Source: Folioceros fuciformis
Lineage: Eukaryota
DNA length: 34,956 nt
Assembly: GCA_049999805.1 (NCBI GenBank)
Contig: JBNGIO010003097.1
Coordinates: 1-34,956, forward strand
Direction of reading: 5' to 3'
Shown: positions 33,076 through 34,956 of the stretch, in pieces
How the letters are laid out: each line of letters opens with the position of its first letter
How positions within the stretch are numbered: the stretch's first letter is position 1
Program-made: the position numbers and the translations under genes
The notes under the pieces: model-generated
What the model was told of the DNA's origin: nothing
Database searches by the model: none
Seen by the model: the letters and a program-made list of their open reading frames with translations, nothing else

Positions 33076-33551
33076 GGTGCAAATATTTTTCGAATTGGAT
33101 TGCTTGCAATTGTTCCCTCGGGTAGGCATGCGGATTGCTTACTGGTAGGGGCAATGGTTCCCTCGAACAGGATTGCTTACTGCTTGGGTGCAAGTGTTGC
33201 CTCGAATAGGATTGCTCACTTTTTGGGTGCAATTGTTCCCTCGAATAGGATTGTTTACTGCAGGGGTGCAATTGTTCCTTCGAATTGTACTGCTTACTGC
33301 TAGGGTGCAGTTGTTCACTCGAATAGGATTGCTTTCTGGTAGGGTGCAATTGTTCGTCGAACATGAATGCGTTTAGCCAGCGGGTATTCGATCCTCGAAT
33401 AGGAGTGCTTGCATTCAAGGTGTAATTATTTGTCGTGTAGGAGTGCTTGCAGGCAAGGCGTAATTGTTCGTCGTGTAGGAGTGCTTGCATGCAAGGTGCA
33501 ACTGTTCGTCTCGTAGGAATGCTTGCAGGCAAAGTGAAATTGTTCCTCGAA
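33076..33551. repeat. Minisatellite with 39-bp and 38-bp subtypes
   Basis: Units of GCAATTGTTCCCTCGAATAGGATTGCTTACTGCTTGGGT type start at 33151, 33190, 33229, 33268, 33307 and 33346. Related 38-bp units (GTAATTGTTCGTCGTGTAGGAGTGCTTGCAGGCAAGG) follow from ~33422. Confidence 0.92.
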
Positions 33552-33784
33552 AAAGATCTGCAATCTACAATTGCACCATGAATTGGGATGCAATTGCTTC
33601 CTATTGACATAAATTCCGTTTCCCTTGCTGCAAGGACATTGCTCACATCTCCCTCGGTTGTCAGAGACGTGATTTGCATGCAAGGCGCAGGCTACCTATT
33701 CGCTGTAAGTGAATGAAGCAAAACGAATGAAGAATGATGCAAGCAAGATTAGCTGAAGAGAAAAGGACAAAGAGGTCAGTTTCT

Positions 33785-34956
33785 TCAACGTTCCAGGACG
33801 GCGGTTTCCTGCCGTTGTTGCTGATGTTGAAAGAGAAGCCGGCTGCTTACTCCCGCTCGGTAAACATGCAGAAAGGAGTCGGAAGTCGCAGAGAGCTCTA
33901 GGCTCTGATGTGCGGGCACGAAGAAGGCCGCGCCGGGCGCGAGCTGGGCTGAGCTTGGGCGGGCGACTCCTCTCCCTTGTTGCACCAGCAAGACGCAGGG
34001 GCCCGGGATCGGGCGCAGCAGCAGGGACTGGGCAAACGGGAGCGCGATGTGGTCCACCTCGAACTCGTCGAAGGCCGGTGCGTAGCGGGTGGTGAAGTCT
34101 CCGGCGGGCTCGCCAGGGAGCAGCTCGGGCGCCGCGCGGCGGTACCGCAGCATAGCGCAGAGAGTGCGGGTGTCCCGGAACTTGGGCGTCAGGCCGGCGC
34201 GCACCACGTTGTCGGAGGTGGCCATGCACTCGACGCAGTCCCCGCTGAGGTAGGCGTGAGGTTCACCTGCCTCCAGGGCCATGGCCTCACCAGGTGCAAG
34301 CTTCACATGGTTCAGCAGCAGCGAAGCCAGCACACCCACGTCTCCCGGGTACTGCTTATCCAGCCGCACCGCCAGCTCCTCCCGCGGACTCCATCGTCCA
34401 CCTTGCGCCCTCTCCTGCTGCAGCCTCTTCATCAGCTTCTCCACCAGGATTTGCACCTCCACCGGGTTCCTCGACATCAGCTCTCGGAACCCGTCTTCCA
34501 ATGCCTTCCTGGTACTCTCTTCCTCCCCTTCTCCTCCTCCTTCCTCCTCCTCCTCATCATGTGCTTTGCCGTTGCTGCCATGGCCGTTGCTGCTATTTCC
34601 GTTGCTGCTATTTCCGTTGCCGCCGTATCCGTTGCTCTCTTGTCGCCTTGCCTTCACCTTTTCCGTTTTCGCGTCATTTTCTTCCTTTGCAGCCTTCGTG
34701 GGCAGGTCGGCGCTCTGCTTCAGGAGAATAGCGGCGGCGGATTCTCCCATGCCGGCGCGGAGCTCCGGCACCGAGCGAAGGGCAGCGGCCATCTCTCCAG
34801 GGGGGAGAAAGCCACAGAGGGCCTGGAACTCGGTGAGGGCGATGGCCATCTCCGGCTTGTGGTTGGGGTCTTTGTAGAGGTCAGGGTGGAGGCGGTGGAG
34901 GCGGGCGGCCAGGGCCTTGTCCGGGTGGGCCTGGATGGACAGCGCCTTGCCTACGG
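33785..34956 (-). CDS. PMI: Mannose-6-phosphate isomerase (type I PMI), 5' end outside window, no introns in the visible part
   Basis: KALSIQAHPDK, YKDPNHKPEMAIALTEFQALCGF, YPGDVG, EPHAYLSGDCVECMATSDNVVRAGLTPKFRD in one continuous frame to the stop at 33785. Confidence 0.96.
   Translation of the reverse strand, partial: VGKALSIQAHPDKALAARLHRLHPDLYKDPNHKPEMAIALTEFQALCGFLPPGEMAAALRSVPELRAGMGESAAAILLKQSADLPTKAAKEENDAKTEKVKARRQESNGYGGNGNSSNGNSSNGHGSNGKAHDEEEEEGGGEGEEESTRKALEDGFRELMSRNPVEVQILVEKLMKRLQQERAQGGRWSPREELAVRLDKQYPGDVGVLASLLLNHVKLAPGEAMALEAGEPHAYLSGDCVECMATSDNVVRAGLTPKFRDTRTLCAMLRYRRAAPELLPGEPAGDFTTRYAPAFDEFEVDHIALPFAQSLLLRPIPGPCVLLVQQGRGVARPSSAQLAPGAAFFVPAHQSLELSATSDSFLHVYRAGVSSRLLFQHQQQRQETAVLER

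Noticed and set aside
33076-33551. CRISPR array
   Set aside because: Units are head-to-tail with no unique spacers, there are no cas genes, and the context is eukaryotic; it is a minisatellite.

Overview
Gene-dense nuclear DNA from a land plant. Short (~75-170 bp) introns, a PLS-type PPR remnant and plant-type TONSOKU/FKBP20-2/RPL4 suggest a compact seed-free plant genome such as a hornwort or lycophyte (inference). The first 12.3 kb is retrotransposon-derived: the 3' part of a decayed Ty1/copia element (pol, PPT, 261-bp 3' LTR, plus a second partial LTR), then a structurally complete Ty1/copia element (5657-12285; 213-bp LTRs, TACAC TSD, tRNA-iMet PBS, PPT). That element is unusual: it carries an extra ORF upstream of gag, followed by a strong splice acceptor, and a long antisense ORF between pol and the 3' LTR. 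The rest is a tightly packed gene block: an intronless bacterial-like DUF4291 gene, intronless FKBP20-2, CTF18, RPL4 copy A, a PPR pseudogene, TONSOKU, a probable DSN1-like kinetochore gene, RPL4 copy B (inverted relative to A), a 38/39-bp minisatellite, and the 3' part of an intronless mannose-6-phosphate isomerase gene. All family assignments come from recognising motifs by eye; no searches were run.
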